Positions 40,741 to 49,267 of a DNA stretch of 64,000 nucleotides are shown piece by piece. A program made the translations under genes and the position numbers. Each line of letters opens with the position of its first letter. Positions within the stretch are counted from its first letter, which is position 1. The stretch covers positions 2,790,101-2,854,100 of the forward strand of contig CBDHGI010000006.1 of assembly GCA_965263075.1 (NCBI GenBank), written 5' to 3'. The stretch comes from Chloroflexota bacterium. Its GTDB lineage: Bacteria > Chloroflexota > UBA11872. The notes under the pieces were generated by a model, which saw nothing but the letters and a program-made list of their open reading frames with translations, did no database searches and was not told where the DNA came from.

Positions 40741-41622
40741 TTAAACGCGCGCGGCCCTGCGAGCGACCCGGGCTGGGGCGGATACGTCAGCCGGCGCCAG
40801 GTGACCAATCACGCGGCTCAGGGTTTCGCGCAGTTCACGGCGCGGAATTACGAGGTCCAGCATGCCCTGGCGCAACACCCATTCGGCGGTGTGGTCTTCG
40901 ACCGGCGCGCGACGGCGCAGCGTGCCCTGCACTACACGGGATCCGGCGAAGCGAATGGTTGCGCCAGGCTCGCCCACGATCACGTCGGCCACGGCGGCAA
41001 AGCTGGCGGTCACGCCGGCCAGCGTAGGATCGGCCATTACGCAGACATGGGGGAGACCGGCTTCGCCAAGTCGGGCGGCGGCCGCCGTGGTGCGGGCCAT
41101 TTGCATCAGCGCGAACAATCCCTCGTCCTGACGGGCACCGCCGGAGGAGGTGACGGTGACGACGGGTAGGCGCTGGCGTAGCGCGTGCTCAAAGAGCCGC
41201 GTGATCTTTTCGCCGGTGGCCGAGCCCATGCTGCCGGCGATGAAGCCGAACTCCATGACGCCCAGGGCGACCGCGCGTCCGAGCAGCGGGCCGACGCCGC
41301 AGACAATGGCCTCGTTGCGGGACGTGAGCGCGCGAGCCTTGGCTACGCGGTCAACGTACGAGCCGCTGGGACGGCGGAACTCCAATGGATCGGCCGCGGT
41401 GATGTCGGCGTCGATCTCCTGGAATGCGCCGGGATCGTCCAGAAGCAGCGCAATACGTTCGGCGGCGTCCAGCCGGTCGTGGTAGTTGCAGGCTGGGCAG
41501 ACGCGCAGCGCGGCCTCGAACTCGGGGCGGTAGTGCATCGCGTTGCACTTGCGGCAGGTGGCCCACAAATCGACGGGAACGTCTGGGTGCGTATTCGCGC
41601 CGCGCCGACGCCTCAAGGCCAT
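40741..41622 (-). CDS. accD: Acetyl-CoA carboxylase carboxyltransferase subunit beta
   Basis: N-terminal Cys4 zinc ribbon (CRKCN...CPACN) and carboxyltransferase domain (GGARQDEG). Confidence 0.95.
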   Translation of the reverse strand: MALRRRRGANTHPDVPVDLWATCRKCNAMHYRPEFEAALRVCPACNYHDRLDAAERIALLLDDPGAFQEIDADITAADPLEFRRPSGSYVDRVAKARALTSRNEAIVCGVGPLLGRAVALGVMEFGFIAGSMGSATGEKITRLFEHALRQRLPVVTVTSSGGARQDEGLFALMQMARTTAAAARLGEAGLPHVCVMADPTLAGVTASFAAVADVIVGEPGATIRFAGSRVVQGTLRRRAPVEDHTAEWVLRQGMLDLVIPRRELRETLSRVIGHLAPADVSAPARVARRAARV

Positions 41623-41703
41623 CGGGCCTCTCCTCGATGCACAAACTAAAACGCAGCCTGGGGGCCTGCGCGCCTCCCAGGCCGCGAGATTGGGCGAAGT
41701 ATA

Positions 41704-42513
41704 TCAGCGAGGCGGTTCGAAACCGGGCGGCTCTGGCGGCGGATAGGTTTGGTCATCGGGGGTTTGCGCCAGCACCAGCGCGCCGACCCAGACCGCGCCG
41801 CGCCGCCGCAAGGCCCGGGTGGCAGCCTCGATTGTTGCGCCGGTCGTCGTGACGTCGTCGACCAGCAGAATCCGGGCGCCGGACAGCTTCCGGAGTGCGC
41901 GAAAGGAACCGCGAACGTTGGCCAGGCGCCGCGCCCTGGGCAACGAGGTCTGGGGCGGAGTGTCGCGCAAGCGAATGAGCAAGGTGCAGTCCAGCGGACG
42001 GTCGAGACGCCGCGCGACCTCGTCGGCCAGCAAGCGGCTCTGGTTGTAGCCGCGTTGTCGTTCGCGGCTGGCTGTAAGCGGGATGGGGACGACGCAGTCC
42101 ACCTGAAGGTCGGCAGGGAGAGCCGGGAGTGCGAGGGCGGCGAGGTCGGCGGCGAGGTAGCGCTTGTTGCCGTACTTGAAGCGCTGGATGGCCTGGAGGA
42201 TGGGCGGGGTGTAGGCGTAGGGCGCGTAGAGGTGGTTGATGCGGCGGCGCTCGAGGCGGCAGCGGGCGCATTGGTCGCCGTAGGCGAGGGGCCGGGTGCA
42301 TTGGCGGCACTGGGGATGAGGGAGAGGCGTGGCGGTTTCCAGGCACGGCACGCAGAGGGCGGCGCCTGGGCGGCCGCAGGCGGCGCAGCGGGCCGGGAAG
42401 AGGGCGGCGGCGAGGGTCCGGCCGGAGGTTCGGAGACTGTCGACGACCGACTCGGCGAACAAACGAAGGACCGCCCCGCCCTGGATTCGGTCGAGCGGGG
42501 AACGGCTCGTCAT
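41704..42513 (-). CDS. comF: ComF family protein (double zinc ribbon + phosphoribosyltransferase domain)
   Basis: CAACG...CVPC...CRQC...CARC, then a PRTase-type motif (ILLVDDVTTTGATI). Confidence 0.8.
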   Translation of the reverse strand: MTSRSPLDRIQGGAVLRLFAESVVDSLRTSGRTLAAALFPARCAACGRPGAALCVPCLETATPLPHPQCRQCTRPLAYGDQCARCRLERRRINHLYAPYAYTPPILQAIQRFKYGNKRYLAADLAALALPALPADLQVDCVVPIPLTASRERQRGYNQSRLLADEVARRLDRPLDCTLLIRLRDTPPQTSLPRARRLANVRGSFRALRKLSGARILLVDDVTTTGATIEAATRALRRRGAVWVGALVLAQTPDDQTYPPPEPPGFEPPR

Positions 42514-42531
42514 TACCCCAGGAGCATCGGG

Positions 42532-45117
42532 CTAGCCGGGGGCGCCGGCCGGGCTAGGGGTGGTCTCGACGATGGTCGGCTTGCCGTCCTGCAGGCGAAG
42601 TTCGAACTCGCGGCCCTCGGCTGCCTCCTGCATGACGTGGTCAGTGAGCGGCTGATCGACGTATTCGCCCACCAGTTGCGCGATCGGGCGAGCGCCGGCG
42701 TGCCGACCGAGGGTAACGGTGACGATGTAGTCGAGCGCGTCGGAGGTGATGTGGAGGCGGATGCCCAGATTCTCGGCGCGTAGGGTGGCGTCGGACAGCG
42801 CGCGTCTCGCGATCTCCCGGATTTCCTCCTCGGCCAGCGCGCGGAAGACGACCAGGCGGTCGATGCGGTTCAGGAATTCGCCGGGTAATTGCTTGCGGGC
42901 GTACTCGCGGATGCGGGCTTCGTAAGCAGTATGGCGCCGGGCCGACTCCGAGGTCGGTTCGAAACCGATGGAGGGTCCGGTGACCTGGTCGACGCCCAGG
43001 TTCGAGGTCAGCACGACGATGGTGTTGCGGAAGTCGACGTGGCGGCCGTTGGCGTCCGTGAGCAGGCCGTCTTCCATGATCTGCAGCAGAACATGCAACG
43101 TTCGGGGGTGGGCTTTCTCCACGTCGTCGAAGAGGACGACGGAGTAGGGGTTGCGGCGAACGGCCTCGGTGAGCCCGCCGGCTTCGTCGAACCCGACGTA
43201 GCCCGGCGGGGAGCCGATCAGCCGCGAGATGCTGTGGTACTCCGACATCTCCGACATGTCGACCCGCACCAGGTTTTCGTCGGTGCCGCTCACGAATTGG
43301 GCCAGGGCCTTGGCGGTTTCGGTTTTGCCGACGCCTGATTCGCCCAGGAAAAGGAACGATCCGATGGGGCGGCGTGAATCGCGCATGCCGGCGAGGGCGC
43401 GGCGTAGGGCGCGACCAAGTTCGGTTAGGACGTCGTCCTGGCCGACGACGCGTTTCCGCAGGTCGTCTTCCATGTGCAGGAAGCGGTCGGAGTCGTTCGC
43501 GGCCAGCGTGGGTAGCGGCACGCCGATCCAGGCGGACAGGACCTCGGCGATCTCGTGGGGTGTGATGACCGGACGATCTGTTCCGACTTCGGCCTGCCAG
43601 GCGTCGCGCTCGTTGCGAAGTTCGTCGCGGAGTTCATCGGCGACTTGCGCGCGCACCGGGCGTGGGGCTGCGGTGGGGTTCGGGGACGCAGCGGGGATCT
43701 GGGGTTCGGCCGTCACGCGTTCGGCGGGCGGTTGGGCGTCGGCCGTCGTCGGCTCGTCGGGCGCTTCGGGCGCGGCCTCGATTTGGGCGTCCAAGGATTT
43801 GATCCGGCGCTGAAGCTCGATGATGCGGGCCGGCGGCGTCTCGCGCCGCACCTTGGCCCGAGCGGAGGCTTCATCCATCAGGTCGATGGCTTTGTCGGGG
43901 AGCTGGCGGGAGGTCACGTAGCGGCGCGACAGATTCACAGTGGCGTCCACGGCGTCGTCGGTGACCTCGACCGCGTGATAGGACTCGTAGACAGGGCGCA
44001 GGGCTTTCAGGATTTCGATGGCGTCGTCGTCGCTCGGTTCATCCACGTCGATGGGTTGGAAGCGGCGGTTGAGGCTCTTGTCGTTGGCGATGTAGCGGCG
44101 GTATTCGCGCCAGGTGGTGGCGCCGATGACCTGCACTTCGCCGCGGGCCAGGTGGCCCTTGAGCAGGTTGGCGGCGTCCAACGACCCGGCCGCGCCGCCA
44201 GCGCCGATCACGGTGTGCAGTTCGTCGATGAAGAGAATGACGTCGCCGCTCTTGCGGACCTCGGCGATGAGTTGCTGGACGCGTTCCTCGAACTCGCCGC
44301 GGTACTTCGCGCCGGCGATCATGCCGGGGAGGCTGAGGGAGATTAGGCGCTTGTTCACGAGTTCGTCAGGAACGTCGCCCTTGACGATACGGTGCGCGAG
44401 GCCCTCGGCGATGGCCGTCTTGCCGACACCCGCGTCGCCTACCAGCACCGGGTTGTTCTTGGAGCGGCGCAGCAGGACTTCTATGGCGCGGTCCATCTCA
44501 ACCTGGCGGCCGATGACGGGGTCCAGGTCGCCGGTGCGGGCGGCGTTGGTGAAGTCGCTGCCGTATTCGGCCAGCATGCTGCGGGGCTTGCTGCGACGTC
44601 CGCGCCCTCGCCAACGTCCGCGGCGGCGGCGGCCGCGGCCCGGCGATCCGGGTTGGTAGGCGGCTTCGACGCGACGACGGAGCGGTCGGAACTCGATTCC
44701 GGCCGCGGCCAGCGCTCCCGAGGTCAGACGACCGGCGTTGGCCAGCGCGCCGAGCAACAGGTGCTCGGTGCCGATGAAGCGGACGCCCATGCGTTCGGCT
44801 TCCAGGGCGGCGGAGCGCAGCACGTTGCGGCCCTGCGCGGAGAGTGGGCGCCGGCCCTCGTCCCGCGCGTAGCCCGGGGGCAGGGTGTCGACGACGGTCT
44901 CGCGCAGCGGCTCCAACTCGATGCCGGCATCGCGCAGAACACGCGCAGCGGCGGTCTGCGGCGACTCCAGGATGGCCAGGAGGACGTGGCCGGGACCGAC
45001 GGCGTCGTGCCCGAGCCGAGCGGCTTGAAGCTCGGCGTGCTGGAGCACGCGACGGCCGCGGCCGGTGAGGCGGCGGATGTACTCGACTGGGGCGTATTCG
45101 TCGGGTTCGCGTTCCAC
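42532..45117 (-). CDS. clpC: AAA+ chaperone, Clp ATPase ClpC-like (two Clp_N repeats, two AAA modules)
   Basis: 861 aa. Walker A sites GDAGVGKT and GESGVGKT. Short middle domain (ClpC/ClpA-like rather than the long ClpB coiled coil). Confidence 0.88.
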   Translation of the reverse strand: MEREPDEYAPVEYIRRLTGRGRRVLQHAELQAARLGHDAVGPGHVLLAILESPQTAAARVLRDAGIELEPLRETVVDTLPPGYARDEGRRPLSAQGRNVLRSAALEAERMGVRFIGTEHLLLGALANAGRLTSGALAAAGIEFRPLRRRVEAAYQPGSPGRGRRRRGRWRGRGRRSKPRSMLAEYGSDFTNAARTGDLDPVIGRQVEMDRAIEVLLRRSKNNPVLVGDAGVGKTAIAEGLAHRIVKGDVPDELVNKRLISLSLPGMIAGAKYRGEFEERVQQLIAEVRKSGDVILFIDELHTVIGAGGAAGSLDAANLLKGHLARGEVQVIGATTWREYRRYIANDKSLNRRFQPIDVDEPSDDDAIEILKALRPVYESYHAVEVTDDAVDATVNLSRRYVTSRQLPDKAIDLMDEASARAKVRRETPPARIIELQRRIKSLDAQIEAAPEAPDEPTTADAQPPAERVTAEPQIPAASPNPTAAPRPVRAQVADELRDELRNERDAWQAEVGTDRPVITPHEIAEVLSAWIGVPLPTLAANDSDRFLHMEDDLRKRVVGQDDVLTELGRALRRALAGMRDSRRPIGSFLFLGESGVGKTETAKALAQFVSGTDENLVRVDMSEMSEYHSISRLIGSPPGYVGFDEAGGLTEAVRRNPYSVVLFDDVEKAHPRTLHVLLQIMEDGLLTDANGRHVDFRNTIVVLTSNLGVDQVTGPSIGFEPTSESARRHTAYEARIREYARKQLPGEFLNRIDRLVVFRALAEEEIREIARRALSDATLRAENLGIRLHITSDALDYIVTVTLGRHAGARPIAQLVGEYVDQPLTDHVMQEAAEGREFELRLQDGKPTIVETTPSPAGAPG

Positions 45118-45133
45118 GGCGCTTAACGGCTCC

Positions 45134-45331
45134 TCAGAGGCCGATGGGAAGCTGGTCGACGAGGCTTTGCAAGCCCTCGCCGATGCTGTTGCCCAGAGAC
45201 GTGAACACCACGATCAGGACGATCACGAAGACGGCGGTGACGAGCAGATAGCTGAACACGCTCGACCCCTGGGGCAGATAGCGGCCGGAGGCCGGCCCGC
45301 GACCCGAATGGCGGGGCGCCCCGGTGGGGTT
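45134..45331 (-). CDS. Possible small membrane protein (single transmembrane segment)
   Basis: GTG-initiated ORF of about 66 codons (VTANLNPTG...SYLLVTAVFVIVLIVVFTSLGNSIGEGLQSLVDQLPIGL) immediately upstream of clpC. It has a hydrophobic core but no homology that I recognise. Confidence 0.2.
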   Translation of the reverse strand, partial: NPTGAPRHSGRGPASGRYLPQGSSVFSYLLVTAVFVIVLIVVFTSLGNSIGEGLQSLVDQLPIGL

Positions 45332-45463
45332 GAGATTGGCCGTCACTCCGGCTCCGAGGGCTTGTCGATCCCTGCAAGTGTAGACGGGCGGGGCGGTGGG
45401 GTGCTTGCTGGGGCTGGCGATGGGTATAGACCGGAGCGGCGCAATCGGGGGTCTCGCGCGCAA

Positions 45464-45487
45464 TAAGAGTTTTTTCCAAAAAACTCT
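45464..45487. repeat. AT-rich perfect palindrome AAGAGTTTTTT-CC-AAAAAACTCTT in a GC-rich background
   Basis: 11-bp arms and a 2-nt centre, seen directly. Lies about 350 bp upstream of the clpC start. Confidence 0.6.
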
Positions 45488-45734
45488 TGAGGCGCGGCGG
45501 GGCGTCTTTTGGCTGAAGCGGGGACGCGCCGGGCCACGCCCGGCGACGGACGGACCGGGGTGTGGCACGGGAGGGCAGCAGGGCGCGGCGGGGCGAGGTC
45601 TTGCCAGGGCGATGTGGCGAGACCTGGGCGGGATGCCGGGCGGCTCGCACCGGCACGGCAACCGGCGGTCGCGGGAGTCGGACGAAGCTGAGGGCGGGTG
45701 CCGGGCGGCGGGAATTGGGTGGGGGTAAAGGGGG

Positions 45735-45802
45735 AGCTATCTCTCGCCAGCCCGCCCCCTCTGGGGGCGGGCTGGCGAGAGATAGCTTGGGCCGAATTTT
45801 TT
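45735..45802 (+). repeat. Perfect 25-bp-stem hairpin (loop TCT) followed 9 nt downstream by T6
   Basis: Left arm AGCTATCTCTCGCCAGCCCGCCCCC (45735..45759). Right arm is its exact reverse complement (45763..45787). TTTTTT at 45797..45802. Terminator-like or a REP-type structural element. Confidence 0.55.
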
Positions 45803-46135
45803 GGCGGGTTGGCGAGGAAGGTTGGGGCTGTGAGGGGACGGCAGGACGGCGCGAGGGACGCTGGGTGCGCGGACGTGGCGAGGGGTTGGGGTGGGGGCGT
45901 CTCGAGCGGAAGAGACTGGTCTGAGACCGGCCGAGACGCAAGGTGAGGAACAGGCGGGGGCGCTCGGTTGCGAAGGTGGCGAGCAGTCGGAGGAGGCGGG
46001 TGAGCATGGAGGGTCCGGGGGAGGGCGTGAGATACGGCCTCTCTAGTGTATACTAAATGAATACGACAGGCAAGGCTGACGGGGGTAGTGGGGGCAATTC
46101 GGAGCGATAGTGGGCTCGGGATGGTGGGGAGGTCG

Positions 46136-46296
46136 GGGCGTGGTTCGACAGGCTCACCAGGGACGCTGGGTGCGCTGGGATTGTTGGGTGCCGCTGGGCC
46201 CCCTCCTTCGGCAGGCTCAGGGCAGGTTCTCCGGGGACGCCGGGATGTGGTTCGACTCGGCCCTCCGAAGACTGCGGGCCGGCTCACCATGAACGG
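46136..46296. repeat. REP-like modular GC-rich repeat, copy A
   Basis: Contains modules CCTTCGGCAGGCTCAGGGCAGG, TTCTCCGGGGACGCCGGGATG, TGGTTCGACTCGGCC and GGCTCACCATGAACGG. The same modules recur in copies B, C and D. Confidence 0.6.
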
Positions 46297-46346
46297 TAGG
46301 GGACGGGGCACGGAGGTCGGGAGGCGGGGGTTGGGCGCGGCTTGGG

Positions 46347-46494
46347 ATGTGTTCAGTCGGTCGGGGCAATGTGTTCAGTTTCGGGGCCAATGTGTCCAGT
46401 TTTCGGGCCAATGTGTCCAGTTCTTGGCCGAATGTGTTCAGTTTCAAGGGGGATGTGTTCACTTTGGCGGGCGATGTGTCCAGTTTTTGGCGGG
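46347..46494. repeat. Tandem array of seven 21-22-bp direct repeats (core ATGTGT(T/C)CAGTT), iteron-like
   Basis: Core motif starts at 46347, 46369, 46390, 46411, 46432, 46453 and 46474, i.e. a 21-bp period (two helical turns). Noncoding context. Confidence 0.75.
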
Positions 46495-46535
46495 GCGCTC
46501 TGGTTGGGGATGGGGCGCGGACGGAAGGCGAGATT

Positions 46536-46606
46536 CCTCCTTCGGCAAGCTCAGGACAGGCCTCGACGGGCTCAGGGCAGGTTCTCCGAGGACGCCGGGA
46601 TGACGG
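46536..46606. repeat. REP-like modular repeat, copy B
   Basis: CCTCCTTCGGCAAGCTCAGGACAGG...GGGCAGGTTCTCCGAGGACGCCGGGATGACGGG. Confidence 0.6.
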
Positions 46607-46729
46607 GGGAGGTGGCACGTGATTGGTGGGTGGTGGGGAGTGGCTGGTGACGGGGGCGGGGGTTGGGCTGGGTGGGATCGGAGGGCGAATTGAGGCTGGG
46701 GATGGCGGGGGCTGGCAATGACGTCGATG

Positions 46730-46760
46730 CCTGCAACGCAATCAGTAAATGCGTTGCAGG
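46730..46760. promoter_or_regulatory. 11-bp inverted repeat CCTGCAACGCA-N9-TGCGTTGCAGG upstream of hsdM; candidate operator or structural site
   Basis: Perfect arms with an AT-rich 9-nt spacer (ATCAGTAAA). A flanking imperfect direct repeat GATGC(C/A)(T/G)GCAACGC. About 165 bp upstream of the hsdM ATG. Confidence 0.4.
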
Positions 46761-46923
46761 CGATGCAGGCAACGCTGGCAAGGATGGCGAGCTCGGGACG
46801 CTTGCGTGAACGGTGCGGCTGGCAGGGGTTGGGCGCGGGGAGTGGGTCGGTTTGACCTGGGTGCGGTAGCTTGCGGGCCGGACATAGGTGGCGAGATACA
46901 CGCACAGCAGCGGTGAGGGGCGG

Positions 46924-49017
46924 ATGAACGCGGGGACGCATGGGGAGTTGGCGGGCTTTGTCTGGAGCATTTGCAACCTGTTGCGGGGGCCGTATAAGCG
47001 GAACGAGTACCGGAAGGTGATTCTTCCGCTGACGGTGTTGCGGCGATTCGACTGCGTGCTGGCGGAGACCAAGGACGCGGTCCTGGCGGAGAACGAGAAG
47101 TACGGCGGCGAGGCCAGTTCCCAACTGCTGCAGGCCGCTTCAGGATTCCGCTTCTACAACGTCTCGGAGTTGGACTTCGAGCGGCTGCTGGACGACCCGA
47201 ACCTGATTGCGTCGAACCTGACCGGTTACATCAACCGATTCTCGGCCAACGTGCGCGAGATCTTCGAGCGATTCGGTTTCGAGGCACAGATCGCGAAGAT
47301 GGACGAGAAAAACCTGCTGTTCCAGGTCGTGCAGGCGTTTGCGCGGGTCGACCTGTCGCCCGAGCGTGTCGACAACATGCAGATGGGCTACGTGTTCGAG
47401 GAATTGATCCGGATAGGGGCAGAGCAGGCGAACGAAGAGGCGGGGGAGCACTTCACGCCGCGTGAGGTCATTCGGCTGATGGTGAGCTTGCTGCTGTCGC
47501 ATGAACCCGACCTAGCCAAGTCACACGTGGTGAAAACGATTTACGACCCGGCGTGTGGTACGGGCGGGATGTTGTCGGTTTCCGAGGACTTTCTGAGGGA
47601 GCACAACAGCACCGCGAATCCGTTTCTCTTCGGGCAGGACCACAATGACGAGGTCTGGGCGGTCTGCGCCTCGGACATGCTGATCAAGGGCGAAAACGCC
47701 GAGAACATCGTCCTGGGCGACAGCTTCACGGCCGACGGGTATGCGCGCCGGTCCGACGGTCGGCGCTACACGTTCGACTACATGCTTGCGAATCCACCGT
47801 TTGGCGTTGAGTGGAAGCAACAGCGGCGTGAGATCGAACTGGAACGGGATTCACTGGGCTTCGACGGGCGATTCGGGGCGGGGCTGCCGCGGATCAATGA
47901 CGGGGCGTTGCTGTTCCTGCAGCACATGCTCTCGAAGATGCAGGCGCCTGAAGACGGCGGCAGCCGGATTGCGATCGTCTTCAACGGGTCTCCGTTGTTC
48001 ACGGGCGACGCGGGGAGCGGGGAGAGCGAAATCCGGCGGTGGATCATCGAGAACGACTGGCTGGAAGCCATCGTGGCGCTGCCGGATCAACTCTTCTACA
48101 ACACCGGGATCTCGACCTACATCTGGGTGCTAACCAACCGAAAGGAAGATCGCCGGCTGCGAAAGGTGCAACTGATCGACGGGCGGCAGTTTTTCGTGAA
48201 GATGCGCAGGAGCCTGGGCAACAAGCGCAACGAACTTTCCGCAGGCCAGATCGACGACCTGACGCGGATTCACGGCGATTTCCTGGACGGCGAGACGCGG
48301 GAACTGACGGATGAAGATCCAGTGACACATCAGCTGCGGACAAGGCCGCGCGTGGTGAGCAAGGTGTTTGCGAACGACGACTTTGGCTATCACAAGATCA
48401 CGGTCGAACGTCCGTTGCGGTTGAACTTCGCGGCGACGCCGGAGCGGATTGCGGGCATCGAGGATGAGCGGTCGTTTCAGAATCTGGCGCGGAGCCCGAA
48501 GCGAGCCGGTCCGGCGCACGATGAGGAAGTAGCTGAGGGTTGCAAGCGGCAAGAAGCGATTCGGATCCTGCTGACCTTTCTAGGAAAAGCAACCGGCGGC
48601 AAGGTGATACGAGACCGCGAAGAGCTGCGGATGGCTCTACGCGAATTGTGCAGCCATGCGGGCTTGCGGCTGTCGGCCGGGGAGCGAAAGGCAATCGAGT
48701 CGGCGCTGAGCGAGCGGGATCCGGACGCTGCCATCTGTCGCGGCAGCCGGGGCAAGATCGAGCCGGACACCGAGTTGCGCGACACAGAGACGGTGCCGCT
48801 GGGTGAGGACATCGACAACTACATGGCGCGGGAGGTGCTGCCGCACGTTCCGGACGCCTGGGTAGACGAGAGCAAGACGAAGGTCGGCTACGAGATACCG
48901 CTAAACCGGCACTTCTACGTCTACGAGCCGCCGCGCGCGCTCGACGAGATCAGGTGCGACTTGCAGCAGCTGGAACGGGGGATCGCGGGCCTGATCTCCG
49001 ATGTCGTGAGAAGCTGA
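46924..49017 (+). CDS. hsdM: Type I restriction-modification system, DNA methyltransferase subunit M (with about 200-aa C-terminal extension)
   Basis: Start MNAGTHGELAGFVWSICNLLRG (ATG 46924, preceded by GGTGAGGGG). HsdM N-terminal domain, AdoMet motif (DPACGTGGML) and catalytic NPPF (LANPPFG). Extra C-terminal region of about 200 aa. Confidence 0.9.
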   Translation: MNAGTHGELAGFVWSICNLLRGPYKRNEYRKVILPLTVLRRFDCVLAETKDAVLAENEKYGGEASSQLLQAASGFRFYNVSELDFERLLDDPNLIASNLTGYINRFSANVREIFERFGFEAQIAKMDEKNLLFQVVQAFARVDLSPERVDNMQMGYVFEELIRIGAEQANEEAGEHFTPREVIRLMVSLLLSHEPDLAKSHVVKTIYDPACGTGGMLSVSEDFLREHNSTANPFLFGQDHNDEVWAVCASDMLIKGENAENIVLGDSFTADGYARRSDGRRYTFDYMLANPPFGVEWKQQRREIELERDSLGFDGRFGAGLPRINDGALLFLQHMLSKMQAPEDGGSRIAIVFNGSPLFTGDAGSGESEIRRWIIENDWLEAIVALPDQLFYNTGISTYIWVLTNRKEDRRLRKVQLIDGRQFFVKMRRSLGNKRNELSAGQIDDLTRIHGDFLDGETRELTDEDPVTHQLRTRPRVVSKVFANDDFGYHKITVERPLRLNFAATPERIAGIEDERSFQNLARSPKRAGPAHDEEVAEGCKRQEAIRILLTFLGKATGGKVIRDREELRMALRELCSHAGLRLSAGERKAIESALSERDPDAAICRGSRGKIEPDTELRDTETVPLGEDIDNYMAREVLPHVPDAWVDESKTKVGYEIPLNRHFYVYEPPRALDEIRCDLQQLERGIAGLISDVVRS

Positions 49018-49066
49018 CGGCGTGACCAGGACGTACCGATCCGACGCGAATCGGGCCGCCTAATCC

Positions 49067-49267
49067 ATGCCGAAGGTGCGGGACGCGATCCGGATGGTGG
49101 AGCGCGACGGCTGGCACCATGTGACCACGCGAGGGAGCCACCGGCAGTTCCGCCACCCAGTCAAGCCGGGCAAGGTCACGATTCCGGGCAAACCGGGCGA
49201 CGACGTGGGGCCGAAGCTCTGGGCCAGTATCATGAAGCAGGCTGGCCTCGAGAGAGAACGTCGATGA
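49067..49267 (+). CDS. hicA: HicA-family toxin (mRNA interferase), type II TA
   Basis: 66 aa. ...VERDGWHHVTTRGSHRQFRHPVKPGKVTIPGKPGDDV..., the typical HicA/YcfA fold signature. Confidence 0.85.
   Translation: MPKVRDAIRMVERDGWHHVTTRGSHRQFRHPVKPGKVTIPGKPGDDVGPKLWASIMKQAGLERERR

Noticed and set aside
46236-46262. tRNA-like T-loop motif GGTTCGACTCGG inside REP-like copies (also 54318..54330)
   Set aside because: I could find no acceptor, D or anticodon arm around it. It recurs as part of the repeat modules, so it is more likely chance resemblance or a very degraded fragment. No tRNA or rRNA genes were found anywhere in the window.
45343-46311. 322-aa and other ORFs (45123..46007, 46088..46603, 46217..46741, 46459..47124) in the clpC-hsdM intergenic region
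   Set aside because: They are extremely Pro/Arg/Gly/Ala-rich. Their peptide 'repeats' (QCVQF..., LRQAQDR...) merely mirror the 21-bp and REP-like DNA repeats, whose period is a multiple of three. There are no start contexts and no homology.
46347-46494. Possible CRISPR array
   Set aside because: The repeats are directly adjacent with no unique spacers, and their 21-bp period is too short. No cas genes are nearby. This is a tandem repeat, not a CRISPR.
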